This document shows, in pieces, positions 1 to 11,271 of a stretch of 64,000 nt of DNA; position 1 is the stretch's first letter; each line of letters starts with the position of its first letter. Source of the stretch: Podarcis pityusensis (taxonomy: Eukaryota); assembly GCA_964106645.2 (NCBI GenBank), contig OZ067038.1, one strand, 5' to 3'. The notes below the pieces were generated by a model that ran no database searches, was not told the DNA's origin, and was given only the letters and a program-made list of their open reading frames with translations. The translations under genes and the position numbers were made by a program.

Positions 1-844
1 ACTCAAGAGTGCATTTTTTTCTGTTAGTGCAAGGACTTCCACTTGCACAACAGAATTTCCCTTCCCTGCCCTCTTCCACATGTAATTCTGCTCCCAAGTT
101 CTGTTTTCACTGACAAGGACGAGTTGGTTGAATGCCACCCATAATTACCAGTTGCAAGGGAATAGAAGTGGAATCCTCTGAACTTGAAAATAACTAGTAA
201 ATTTTGTTTAAGCCTTACCTGTTGCAGACAAGCTAAACTGATTACGATTCTCTCAGGCTAAAACTGAAATTCTAGATCTCCCAAACAGAAACCTAGGCTT
301 CATATATTCAGATTTATTTTAATTATTATGCTGGGTGTAAACCAGACATAGCAGGTTGAGTTGAGGGATTAAGTTTTTGTGGTAAGGTGGCACTCATGCT
401 TTTTGGTATTAGGAACACTTAGTTTTTTAAAAAAAGTTGCTTAGGGAGCTTAAGCCCACCTTCCTCCAAGTTTCTTTTACAGCACCCAGAAGAGAATAAC
501 AGTTTTAGTTTCTTGTCTGCGAAGCTTATTTATCTTCCAACTTGGCCGTGAAGAATAATTACGATATTTCAATATGTGGTATGTGTGCTGAGAGAGAATT
601 TCTAGAAAACTGCTGAACAGAGCACAGTAGTAGCTATTTTCACAGTTTACATACAATATCAGACTGCCCCAATTCCTTCTAAACATCAAAACTGAAATAC
701 AGCTGCACCTAAACTAGCATTTGTAGCAAAAAAATGAGATCTGTTGTTCTTCATAAGCAGGAAGGAATATTCTCGGTTTTCTGAAAAACTTAGAGATACA
801 CTTACGTCATTTAAAATGATATTTTTTTTTATCCTCCTTTGCAG

Positions 845-981
845 AGTATTGGGAAAGGGTCTTTATGGTGTATAGACCCAGAATATAGACAAAATCTTAT
901 CCAGGCTTTGAAAAAGACCCCCTATCACCCATATTCGCATGTGTTCAGCACCCCTCCAGCGTCTCCTCAGGCATATCAAAG
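845..981 (+). CDS. FOXN3: FOXN3 (CHES1) internal coding exon, end of forkhead domain
   Basis: Polypyrimidine tract plus ttgcag acceptor (AG ends 844) and AAG|gtaaga donor at 982. Translates [45 protein letters not shown](S). GKGSLW is the forkhead wing motif and the sequence is recognised as FOXN3. 137 nt, phase 0 to phase 2. Confidence 0.96.
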
Positions 982-2429
982 GTAAGAAAACTTGAATATA
1001 ATTTTAACATGGGCAGCTGCTTTTGTCTTATCTCAAATACTGGATCAGGCAAGGTCTAGAAATCGGGGAGGGCTCCTAACAACATTATGTAGTCTAGCTT
1101 TTACTAGAATGCCTCTGCTTGATGGGCTAGCAAAGGCGATTACTGCGCTTATCGCAAATTAGTTGTACTTTAACTGTTGAAAGATCCAAAGTATGCACTC
1201 TTGGTATGTAAATTTAGCTCAGGTCAATCGACTTGTGCATATTTGGGATCTTTTAAGGCACAACTAATTGTGATAAGCGATCCCAGGTATGTAATCTCGC
1301 TTAACAGCACAGGATGCACCTTTGCTGGTTTAAACCAAAACCCACCTAATTCACTGTTTTTTTGCAAGAAACACAGCAACCCGTTAGTTCTCAGTGGCCT
1401 GCTGGAAACTCATTGGTGGCCTAGTGGAGACAAATTAGACCACAGTCTGTCTTCTGCCCCACTCCCTGCCATAAAGGACTACAGCAACTGCAGAAAGCAT
1501 GGTAGTTCCCTAAACTTATTGGTACTTAAATCGTCAGTTAGAGCCGCAGTATGTCTTACCGGTTTTGGAGGAGCCGACCTGTTCATTTGCAGTTTGTCAT
1601 TGTAAGTTTCCAGTGCTCCTTTGGATGTTTCTGAAAAACATTCTAGCTGCTTGTGCTCAGGGCCATAGCTGGAGTTTTAAAAGGGAAAGGAAACCGGCTG
1701 GGTTTTCCTCTTTGCTTGCATGAATAGATGTGTACCTCTTTGGAAGCAGGTCGGTGGTGCTTTTTGTCCTCCTAGCTCCCTACTTGGTAGATCGCTTTGT
1801 CAACGCAGCTATATAAACTTTTGCTTCTAGGTAACAGGAAGCTTCCCTTGCTGTTGTGGTTACCTGCTCTGTGAGGCGAGTGTGTCTGTGCATGGTTATG
1901 CCTAGTTGCCATAGCTCACTCCTGTTCATCTTGTAAAAAAGGTGAACCAGGACTGGTGACTTTGAAATGTCATTGGAGGGGGAAAATGGAAGTACAGTAC
2001 TTGAACAGTGATTGTTTGTTTCTTGTTTGTCCTACTCAGGGGAAAGTATGAGATAATTACGGGGTATCAAACCGCCCGCTTTTCATAACAACCATTCGGG
2101 AAATGAATTATTTGTTTCTACAAACGGAGGATCAAATCACATCTGCACGTAGGACAACAATAGGCAAATTTATAAATAATAATGATTTAGAAACTTGTGT
2201 TACCTGTTGCACAAATTAGATCTAAGCTACACCCACCTGCCTGGCTGCAGATATATATGTTAAAAGCCGATAAGGAATTTTAAATGTGTATTTAGATGGG
2301 GATTTTGGGGGTGGTGCAATACTTTTCTGCCCCCCTCCACTCAAGTTCCCTGCTTTTAAGAAGCCAGCAACATGCAAAGTAATTTCGTTCTGGTAACGTT
2401 AATGAGGTTCTCGTGCATCTGTGTTGATC

Positions 2430-2700
2430 CGCGCGTTCCGTCACATGACCCAGACAATCAATCTTCAGGCAGAGATTGGGAGGAACAGCTGGGCTTTTGC
2501 AGGAGACGGCTGTATGTCTGCCCTTGCTAGGCGATTAGCGTGATGGTAACCATAGCGACTAGAACGTCTCCATAGCAACGCATAGCTGAGACAGGTGCAG
2601 TTGCATCACAAGGCTGTTGCCTGGCAAAAGGACAGGCCATTAGTACTAAGATATACGCTGTTGCCTTGGTAACGGATAACCCTACATAGCAACTACAGTG
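2430..2700. promoter_or_regulatory. Candidate intronic enhancer/promoter with homotypic RFX X-box cluster
   Basis: GTAACCATAGCGAC 2546-2559, GTCTCCATAGCAAC 2566-2579, GTTGCCTGGCAAA 2616-2628, GTTGCCTTGGTAAC 2660-2673, CCCTACATAGCAAC 2680-2693. Also GTCACATGAC E-box at 2440-2449 and local CpG retention. Confidence 0.6.
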
Positions 2701-3009
2701 GACTTGCAGCATTTTTACCCTCCTGATTAAAGAAAATAATAATAATAAGAGACATTCTACCAGGTTGTTGTTGTTGTTGTTGTTTTAATCTATGATCAGC
2801 AGCACTGGGAGCTCTCACTGCCAGGGTGTCTGTTGCTAAAAGGTGTACTGAATGTGAGATTGAGCACTGATGACAGAAGGAGGTGAAGAGCTGCGCCTAA
2901 GGAATTGATACTAGCTGTAGCAAGTTGAATATTGGAGGTTAAGGCTGCCATCTCATGTTTGCCACCATTGAACTTAATGAGGTTTATGCCTTGGTAGAAA
3001 TTATTAGTT

Positions 3010-3357
3010 GGGACGCGGGTGGCGCTATGGGTTAAACCACAGGGCCTAGGACTTGCCGATCAGAAGGTTGGCGGTTCGAATCCCCGCGACGGGGTGAGCT
3101 CCCGTTGCTCGGTCCCTGCTCCTGCCCACCTAGCAGTTCAAAAGCACCACAAAGTGCAAGTAGATAAATAGTTACCACTCTGGCAGGAAGGTAAACGGCG
3201 TTTCCGTGCGCTGCTGTGGTTCGCCAGAAGCGGCTTAGTCATGCTGGCCACATGACCGGGAAGCTGTACGCCAGCTCCCTCGCCCAATAAAGTGAGATGA
3301 GCGCCACAACCCCAGAGTCGGTCTCGACTGGACCTAATGGTCAGGGGTCCCTTTACC
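3010..3357 (+). mobile_element. Sauria SINE (Squam1-type), full length
   Basis: gggacgcgggtggcgct head with B box ggttcgaatcc and a tttacc tail. Imperfect TSD tagaaattattagt / tagacgttattagt. Near-identical copies elsewhere in the window. Confidence 0.92.
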
Positions 3358-3572
3358 TAGACGTTATTAGTAGCAGCAGCAATAGTGAGATCAAGCATTT
3401 TTGCCCTGCTCTTTAGTAAAATGTTTCCAGAGTTCTATAGGCAGGTTTGCGCTCAGGCTTACATTCTAAAATACATGACATACAAGGGGAAAGGGATGGA
3501 GAGGGAGGAGGAAAAAGGCAAGTTAGGGCACTAGTTCTTATGACGACCACCTGGGAAGGAAACAGTTTAGGG

Positions 3573-4068
3573 CAGGGGTTTTCAACCTTTTTGAATCCAT
3601 GGCTCCCTAGACCAACTACATTATTTCTGCGGCAACCCTGTGAGGCTCAGGAGCCCAGTTATATCCCCCCTTGCCCTTTTCCAAACACCTTCCCTTGTGG
3701 AGTGTTCCCTCAGCCTCCTCTCCTCTCTTTGGGAGCCCCCTCTCTTTGGGAGTCCTCTGGGCACTCAGAGCTACCGCTCCTGGTCTCTGAGCTGCCCCCT
3801 CTACCCCAAAGAGAGCTGCCTCCTCACACTGCCCCACAGGGGCCTGGGAAGCACACCCTGGCCAGCCCCAGAGGCACCATTCGCCTGGGGAGCTTGTAGC
3901 CAGGGCTGCTGCAACAAACAGCTATGCAAGCCTTTGGGAGGCAGAGACGCAAGAGGGTGTCAGAGGAGGGAGGGAAGGAAAGAGAGACAGGCCGGTGTTG
4001 CCCACAGCACACCCTGACCATCCTTCAAGGGACCCAGGGTGCCATGGCACACGGGTTGAAAACCTCTG
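3573..4068. mobile_element. Non-autonomous hAT transposon
   Basis: TIR caggggttttcaacc / ggttgaaaacctctg with perfect 8-bp TSD gtttaggg. Related copy at 55951-56265. Confidence 0.88.
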
Positions 4069-4110
4069 GTTTAGGGAGCCTGAGGGTGGAATGGCTGCAG
4101 CTAGGTGATA

Positions 4111-4301
4111 CAGTGGTACCTCAGGTTACGGACTTAATTCGTTCCGGAGGTCCGTTCTTAACCTGCATCTGTTCTTAACCTGAAGCACCACTTTAGCTAA
4201 TGGGGCCTCCTGCTGCTGCCGTGCCGCCGGAGCACAATTTCTGTTCTCATCCTGAAGCAAAGTTCTGTAACCTGAAGCGTATGTAACCCGAGGTACCACT
4301 G
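4111..4301 (-). mobile_element. pogo/Tigger-like MITE family A (internally deleted)
   Basis: TIR cagtggtacctc / gaggtaccactg with TA TSD. Strand is given relative to the copy at 4402. Confidence 0.9.
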
Positions 4302-4401
4302 TAGTTGGAGGGGGGGACCCAAAGGCAACTGGTATCAGCAGAGGCAATGGAATAGCGCTGGTTCCCATCTCTACTCTGTCTTGCGGCCTGATGGAGATGT
4401 A

Positions 4402-4643
4402 CAGTGGTACCTCGGGTTACAGACGCTTCAGGTTACATACGCTTCAGGTTACAGACTCCGCTAACCCAGAAATATTACCTCGGGTTAAGAACTTTGCTTC
4501 AGGATGAGAACACAAATCGTGCTCTGGTGGTGCGGTGACAGCAGGAGGCCCCATTAGCTAAAGTGGCCCTTCAGGTTAAGAACAGTTTCAGGTTAAGAAT
4601 GGACCTCCGGAACGAATTAAGTACTTAACCTGAGATACCACTG
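4402..4643 (+). mobile_element. pogo/Tigger-like MITE family A
   Basis: TIR cagtggtacctcgggtta and TA TSD; six copies in the window. Confidence 0.9.
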
Positions 4644-5085
4644 TATATGGGTTTGTTTACCCTGGCATATATAAGATTGTGTTGTTAATATCTGCTTTAT
4701 CCTCTCAAACGTGCCCAATAAATTCCACAATAGTCTCTTTGATGTTTGTGGTTTTTTCCTGTATCCCTCCCTGAATTAGTCACCAATCTGCTCTGGCCCA
4801 AAGTAACTAAATGTTTTGTAGCCTGACCTTATAGAGCCACAACAGTACAAGCCAAGCCTTACGCTGCAGCAGAACAATAGCAGCAATATCTTATCTCTGC
4901 CATGCATAGCTCGACCCTAAGTGGCACTCACAGTTTGGGAGGGCAGGAGAGAACTGTCAGGGGCAAAGGCATTTAAGAGGGTGCATGAATGGGTCCGAAT
5001 TTTATCCACACCAACTCGGCACATGAAGCTGCTGCAGGGCTTGGCTATGGTGTCATTTACTGGCATAGTAGTTGTTTGTTTAGAA

Positions 5086-5221
5086 CAGGCATCCCCAACC
5101 TGTGGCCCTCCAGATGTTTTGGCCTACAACTCCCATGATCCCTAGCTAACAGGACCAGTGGTCAGGGATGATGGGAACTGTAGTCCAAAACATCTGGAGG
5201 GCCGAAGGTTGGGGATGCCTG
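5086..5221. mobile_element. Palindromic hAT MITE (caggcatccccaacc subfamily)
   Basis: About 55-bp inverted arms and perfect 8-bp TSD gtttagaa. Confidence 0.9.
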
Positions 5222-5421
5222 GTTTAGAACTAGTTGACTACAGTGATTAAGAACCCGATGAGATGGGAAGATCCCAGCACCCTTATGGGAAGGGCTCCTG
5301 GTGATCCTGGTTATAACAAAATCTTGTCCCTGTGATTTTATTGATGTGCTTTTGTTATTTGTAAATCGCCGTGGAATAATTTGTAATCAGTTAACATCGC
5401 CTCTACCACCTCAGTTGTTGC

Positions 5422-5547
5422 CAAGGCTTTTTTTCAGCCAGAACTCAGTTCCGGCACCTCTCAGGTGGGAGCCATTGCCATTCTAAGAGAACAAGGGAGG
5501 TGTTCATGGTGAGTTCCAGCACCTCTTTTTCTAGAAAAATAGCATTG
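5422..5547. mobile_element. Short degenerate hAT-like element
   Basis: Imperfect terminal repeats (caaggcttttttt / aaaaatagcattg) and repeated agttcc[ga]gcacctct subterminal motif. TSD unclear. Confidence 0.45.
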
Positions 5548-5788
5548 GTTGCCAATGTTATATAGATAACTGGACCACATGATTTCAACAGTGCCCTTCT
5601 ATGGAGGCGTTTGCAGAGCTTGTGTTAAGATCGGGGTGGGAATTTTGTTAGAATAAAGTTATAAACTGAAACAAAAAAGTAGCCAGTCCCTGGCCCCTTA
5701 CGGGCCTGCTTCCATGGATAGAAGGTGCTTTTGGAGCCCTCCATTAATGGAAGAGATGGTGGTTTTGACTAATTTCCCCCCTTTCCAC

Positions 5789-6236
5789 CAGTGTTAGAAA
5801 CTGGGATAGAAAAGCTAGGAGCCAAATGCCTCCTGGGACCTGGGTTGTGGGCGACAAAACAGTGTGTCTAGTTGCCATTGGGGGGTGGAGTTTGGCAACA
5901 CTTTCTATTTATTACTTTGATATTACGCAATTCACATAAGTGACACAGTATCACAGTTTTAACAGAAGTTGTTAATACATGTTTAATTTGGAGTTTACAG
6001 TAAAAAATATTGGTACTGTACTTCAGTTTTCAAAACACTCTACCCTTTATTGTTAAACTCCTTAACGTATTGTCTGTCCTTAACATATACTTCAAGGCTT
6101 CAAAGCACATACATTCCAGTAATCCTTGAGTGTCAGCCAGGCGCAAAAAAATCGCACCCAGACTTTTTTAGGTGCTCGCAAATGGAGAATCTTTAGGCGC
6201 AAAAAGCATCTGGCGCCCTGCTAATTTCTAACCCTG
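5789..6236 (+). mobile_element. Non-autonomous hAT transposon
   Basis: TIR cagtgttagaaa / tttctaaccctg with perfect 8-bp TSD ctttccac. Collinear copy at 22808-23241. Confidence 0.88.
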
Positions 6237-6554
6237 CTTTCCACACCCTTGCTGTTCTGGATTTTTTTTCTTTCTTCATGATGGGTGGGGGAGAACGCCT
6301 TTGTAGAGGTTACCCTAAGCTCCTTGGAGGAAGGGCGGAATAAAAATGCAATAAAAGTATGTACAGCGCCCCCACCCCACCCCTGCGACCGCAATCCCTC
6401 ATGCTTGGGTTGGGTTACAGTCTAAAACATTTATTGCCCAGGTAGAAACTTAAAGCAAAATGTGTGCCATAAACATCAACCACTGCTAGAACCTTCACTT
6501 CGGCTGCCAAATCCAGGCCAAAGGGAGGAAGGAGTCTGAATAATGTTTCCAAAA

Positions 6555-6995
6555 GTGCCTCTGGCAATTTGGGACCAGGTTACTGAAAGGTCATCTGCCC
6601 CCTGTATAGACCTGTAAGACCACTTAGATTATCTGGGGAAAATTCTGTTCATGGCATTGCACCCCACTGAATGCCATACAGCGGGGACCCCAAACCAGGT
6701 GTTTTCTGTTATTGTCCCTGTGTTATGGAATGCCCTTCCCTCTGCCATATGTGAAGCAACAACCATCAGTTGCATCAGACATCTTGTAAAGACTTCTTTT
6801 TTAGCCCAGACTTTCCCTCACCTGTAAGGTCAGACTCTATTTTATGCGTTTGAATCCCCTGAATGCATATTTTATTTGTTTTTAATATGCTTTTATGCTG
6901 TTGTTTAATTGGTCTTGGGTTGAATTTTTGTTTTAATAGTTTTGTTTTTAAATGCACACCACATAAGAAAATTTACAAACACCAAGCAGTTTACA
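6555..6995 (+). mobile_element. Old L2 LINE 3' fragment
   Basis: Degenerate L2 ORF2 C-terminus (LGPGY..., FSVIVPVLWNALP..., VKTSF) followed by a T-rich 3' UTR. Confidence 0.7.
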
Positions 6996-7796
6996 AATGC
7001 TTTTAACTAAACTAAGTCAGTCATTGGGAGAAGCACCTCTGGGTGCCGTTGCAGCCTGGCCCCTTAATTTTCCACGTGAAATCAGATCGAAGAGGAGGTT
7101 TCTGAAGGACAATTCATTTTTAGGCTTTATAGGAACTGCCGTCTGCTATACCTGTCTTGGCAACTTCTCAGCTTTTTTATTTGAATGCTGCGAACTGTCC
7201 TTGGGGTGTACTTGAAGGCTGCTCAGAAACATCACCAGGTGCCAAATTTTGCCTGCAGTGAATACACTAATTATTTATGTATGTGTTTATTTCAGGTGCT
7301 TATATTCCACTTTTCGTCACGCAGTGACCAAAGCAGTTTCCAATTTATTAAGCCAGAACACCGTAATTTGAAAATTTAAAAAATGCTACTAAAATCATCA
7401 ACAATTTAATTTATAATAAAAATAACTATTGCAGAACAACCCCCTCCCCCTCAACTCAGAGCAATCCAAATCTTACTTCAGACCAGCACTGAAGGAATTT
7501 CAGTGGCTGATGCCCAGACACAACTTGAGGAAGTGCATTTGACCTTCTCAAAGCCCTAACAAGCTTAGATTGGGCAGATTTTTGAGCTTATCTACTCCCA
7601 TGTGAACCTCCTGGTGATCTTCTGATGATGCTTTGTTAGTTGTTCCATGTGCCACCTCCTCCATGGATTTGGCCGATAGTGTCCTTGCACGAAGTTTTCA
7701 AGAAAAAAGATGGGATATGAGTCGAAATAACTGGTCACTGGAGAACAACAGCAGCTGGTTGGCCGTTGTGGGAAATGGAATGTCAGACTCAACAAG

Positions 7797-7921
7797 GCAG
7801 CTGTGGGGAACGTTTGGCCCTCCAGATGTTGCCAAACTACAATTCCCATTGGCCATGCTTGCGTAGCTGATACAGGTTGTAGTGCAGCAACATCTGGAAG
7901 GTCAGAGGTTCCTCACGCCCG
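7797..7921. mobile_element. Old palindromic hAT-like MITE
   Basis: ccctccagatgttg..actacaattccca / ttgtagtgcagcaacatctgga arms related to the 5086 and 9229 family. Further decayed relatives near 10595, 42260, 48520, 54965 and 58500. Confidence 0.6.
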
Positions 7922-8320
7922 CAGTAGGCCTCTTATCCACCAGGAATCTTAGATCATTTCAACCAACAGCTGGAGTGACCTTGAGTGGAGTTAACGGTAG
8001 AAACGAGAGCTCATGCTTTGCACATGTAAGTTTCTAGGTTTAGTCCGTGACATCCACAATTAAAAAGGATCTTAGGAACATGGGAAGCTTGTCAGTGCCT
8101 TGTACTGAATCTGACCATTGGGCTGCCTTTCCTACCCTTACCTGGAGATGCCACAGAGTTAACCCAGGACCGTTTCCGTGCAAAACATCTGCTCTACCAT
8201 TAAGCTGTAGGTTCTGCTATAACCTGGAAGAGTCGCTGCCAATCAGGCTTGCTGTTGCTAAATTGGCCAGTGGCCTGACTTTGTGTTAAGCCAGTTCCCT
8301 ATTTGAATCATGCCATTCTT

Positions 8321-8452
8321 TAATAATGATGATGATGATGATAATAATTTGTTATTTGTACCCCGCCCATCTGGCTGGGTTTCCGCAGCCACTCTGGGCG
8401 GCTTCCAACAAAGATTAAAAATACATTAAAATGTCACACATTAAAAATTTCC
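8321..8452 (-). mobile_element. L2-type LINE extreme 3' end
   Basis: ccgcccatctggctgggtttcc.cagccactctgggcggcttccaacaaagatt, nearly identical to the copy at 18301, with a microsatellite tail. Confidence 0.75.
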
Positions 8453-9228
8453 AATGAGTTTAAAACCGTTGGAATTGGGTTTCATTAGTATTTCCTCCCT
8501 CCCTCCCTCCGTAACTGATCCAACCGCCTCAGAGGGGTCTGGAAGGGTCTGAGTTAGAATTGATTAACGGATCTGATACTCTCTCATCAACAAGCTATAG
8601 GAGTGGCTTTCTCAGCACTGAAAGTAACTTTCCCACTTTAGATGGTTAAATTAACAAAGCATGGAAGATAGCATTATACCCAGGGGCTGTGGGTGTCAGC
8701 CCCGCCCTTCTCTGATTAGATCTTGTACTCCTTTTCTGCGCTGCTTAGAATTTCGGGTGGGGAACCTAGACCTATATCTTGCTGTTTGTTTGTTTTATGG
8801 TCCCTCTGAATATTGTTCCTACCTTCCCCTTGTTTTCTGTCTGTGTGCCAGAGGTGGGGAACCAGAGACCAAACACTGGCCTTCAGTACTCTCCTCAGGC
8901 CACACACCCCTCCCCAACCACACCTCAAACTAGCCATGTTTCATACCTTTCTTGCATGCCTTTGCCTGGCTAGAATGTGCCCTTAAACTTTGGATAATGA
9001 TTTTTGCTGACCGGCTGGAGGATGGAAATGGGTGTGTGAGTGTGTGCAGAAACTTGGCTTCTGGACAAAATGTACATTCATAGCTCTGCCGGCTCCGGCC
9101 TCTGGTCCCACACACCACTCGCATGTGGCCCCCTTACAAGTTGCTCAGAAAGGAGTGTGTCTGAAAACAGGGTCCTTGCTCCCTGCTACTCATTTAAGTA
9201 GCTGCATCATGTATCCTAGAAAATAGAC

Positions 9229-9361
9229 CAGGCATAGGCAAGCTCGGCCCTCCAGATGTTTTGGGACTACAATTTCCATCCCTGACCACTGGTCCTGTTA
9301 ACTAGGGATGATGAGAGTTGTAGTCCCAAAACATCTGGAGGGCCGAGTTTGCCTATGCCTG
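9229..9361. mobile_element. Palindromic hAT MITE (caggcataggcaaact subfamily)
   Basis: Near-perfect inverted arms and perfect 8-bp TSD aaatagac. Confidence 0.9.
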
Positions 9362-10920
9362 AAATAGACTCTAGTTCACACAAGTTTATGCCAGTGAAAA
9401 TGCAACAGCTTTTAAGATGCTACAGGCAGTCTTACTATAAGAAGGCAAAATTCGTTTCTTTTGAAACATTCCTATCCTGAATTTTCCTTAACTGGGCATA
9501 AAAAGAATAAATTACGAAAGGTGTTAAAAATAAAATTGTCATACTTTCCCTTCCCTCATTTGGAAAACTCGAGCAGTCCTTGGCATTTAAAGCAATTTCT
9601 AGTTAAGATTCTGGGATATTGGATTACCTCCTGATTGGTAAAGCACTTCATTTCTCATTTACTGAAATTGCTAATGCTAGTGCCATCACACAAAGGGGCT
9701 TCTGGGAAGCTGTTAAAAGACGCAATTTGATGCTGAAATAATTTCACCAAATGCTGGCTGTCAGTTCTTCAATAATGGACGTGCTTATCTGTATAACTTT
9801 GTGTGTATATAGGAGAAACATTCAGCTTGTCCAAATTGTCTTGTGCTGGAAACTTGTATAACTAGTTTTCAGAAACAATTAGTGTCTCCAAAGGAGGAGC
9901 AGGCTCCCATTTGCCAGTCAGCGTTTTGTAAGAAGTTGCAAAGTGAAATTGTGGTTTTAGGTGTGCAGATGCTATCTTCAAAGGAAAGTTGTGTGGCGGC
10001 ATTCCATCGCCTCCCCAAAGCTCCGAAAGACCGACACCTTTGGCTCCATAGCTCAGTGACTGAAATTAATAAACTACACGCGGAATAACTTTTAATTCCC
10101 CCAATATTAAGATGCCTCTAGGGGGCTGGATTAATGGAAGGAATTACAAGGTTTATACAGCTCTGCTGGCAGGATCCCGTGGAGGCAAATTGACCCACTG
10201 TTTGTGTCTTTCAAACCTTGCAGAGAAACAAATATTGAGGTTTGTCGCCAACTGTTCCAGAGCTCATTCTGCTGAATACTTAGCTGCCATGCATTGTGTT
10301 CTATTATAGTTCTCTGCAACATTTTGGAGCAGCGACAGCATCAGAACATAGGACTCTGCCACATGCTGGATGCTATTGAACACTATAGCTCTGCTCATGC
10401 AACAGACATCTCTGTATCCTCTCCCTCTTTGTCCCTTCCAGTGCCTCACATACCCTTAAAATCAGTTCCATAGGGCTGCAGGATCCTTCAGAGCAGATTT
10501 GAGGGCGTGTGGGAAAAGAGTATATGAAAGTCCCATTGTTCATGTGGATTTTCAATCACGCAGCATTGGATGCAAACCACTGAATATTCCGAACCTGGTG
10601 CCCTCCAGATGTTTCGGACTACAACTTCCATCAGCCCCATCCAGAACCTCTGCAGCTCCTTGAGCTGCTTGGAAGTGTAGTCATTAACCTAATTTGGGAA
10701 ACTATGGTCTAAACGAGGCATACAGCCTAAAGGAGCACATTCCCTAGTGAGCAACCTTCTGTGTGCCTGCATATGGGTGGTGGAAACAAGTGAGTCGGGA
10801 GCAATGGGTGCAATTTTTGTACAGTAAGCTATATTCCAGCCACCCAAATTCAGATGTTTCTACTCATAACAAACAGCACACAGCATCCAAAATTTGGAGA
10901 CATACTAAAGGTAACCAAGT

Positions 10921-11271
10921 GGGACGCGGGTGGCGCTGTGGGTTAAACCACAGAGCCTAGGACTTGCTGATCAGAAGGTCGGCGGTTTGAATCCCCGCGA
11001 TGGGGTGAGCTCCCGTTGCTCGGTCCCTGCTCCTGCCAACCTAGCAGTTCGAAAGCACCTCAAAGTGCAAGTAGATAAATAGGAACCGCTCCAGTGGGAA
11101 GGTAAACGGCGTTTCCGTGTGCTCCTCTGGTTCGCCAGAAGCGGCTTAGTCATTCTGGCCACATGGACCCAGAAGCTGTACGCCGGCTCCCTCAGCCAAT
11201 AAAGCGGGATGAGCGCCGCAACCCCAGAGTCGGTCACGACTGGACCTAATGGTTAGGGGTCCCTTTACCTT
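10921..11271 (+). mobile_element. Sauria SINE, full length
   Basis: Perfect 13-bp TSD taaaggtaaccaa (10906-10918 and 11272-11284). Confidence 0.94.

Noticed and set aside
1-140. Weakly similar segments at 1-140, about 51000-51210 and about 59745-59910
   Set aside because: Probably an ancient DNA-transposon family, but too degenerate to bound or classify by eye.
1177-1605. 142-aa ORF and most other ORFs in the track
   Set aside because: No recognisable domains or exon structure; lengths are compatible with chance in intronic or repeat DNA.
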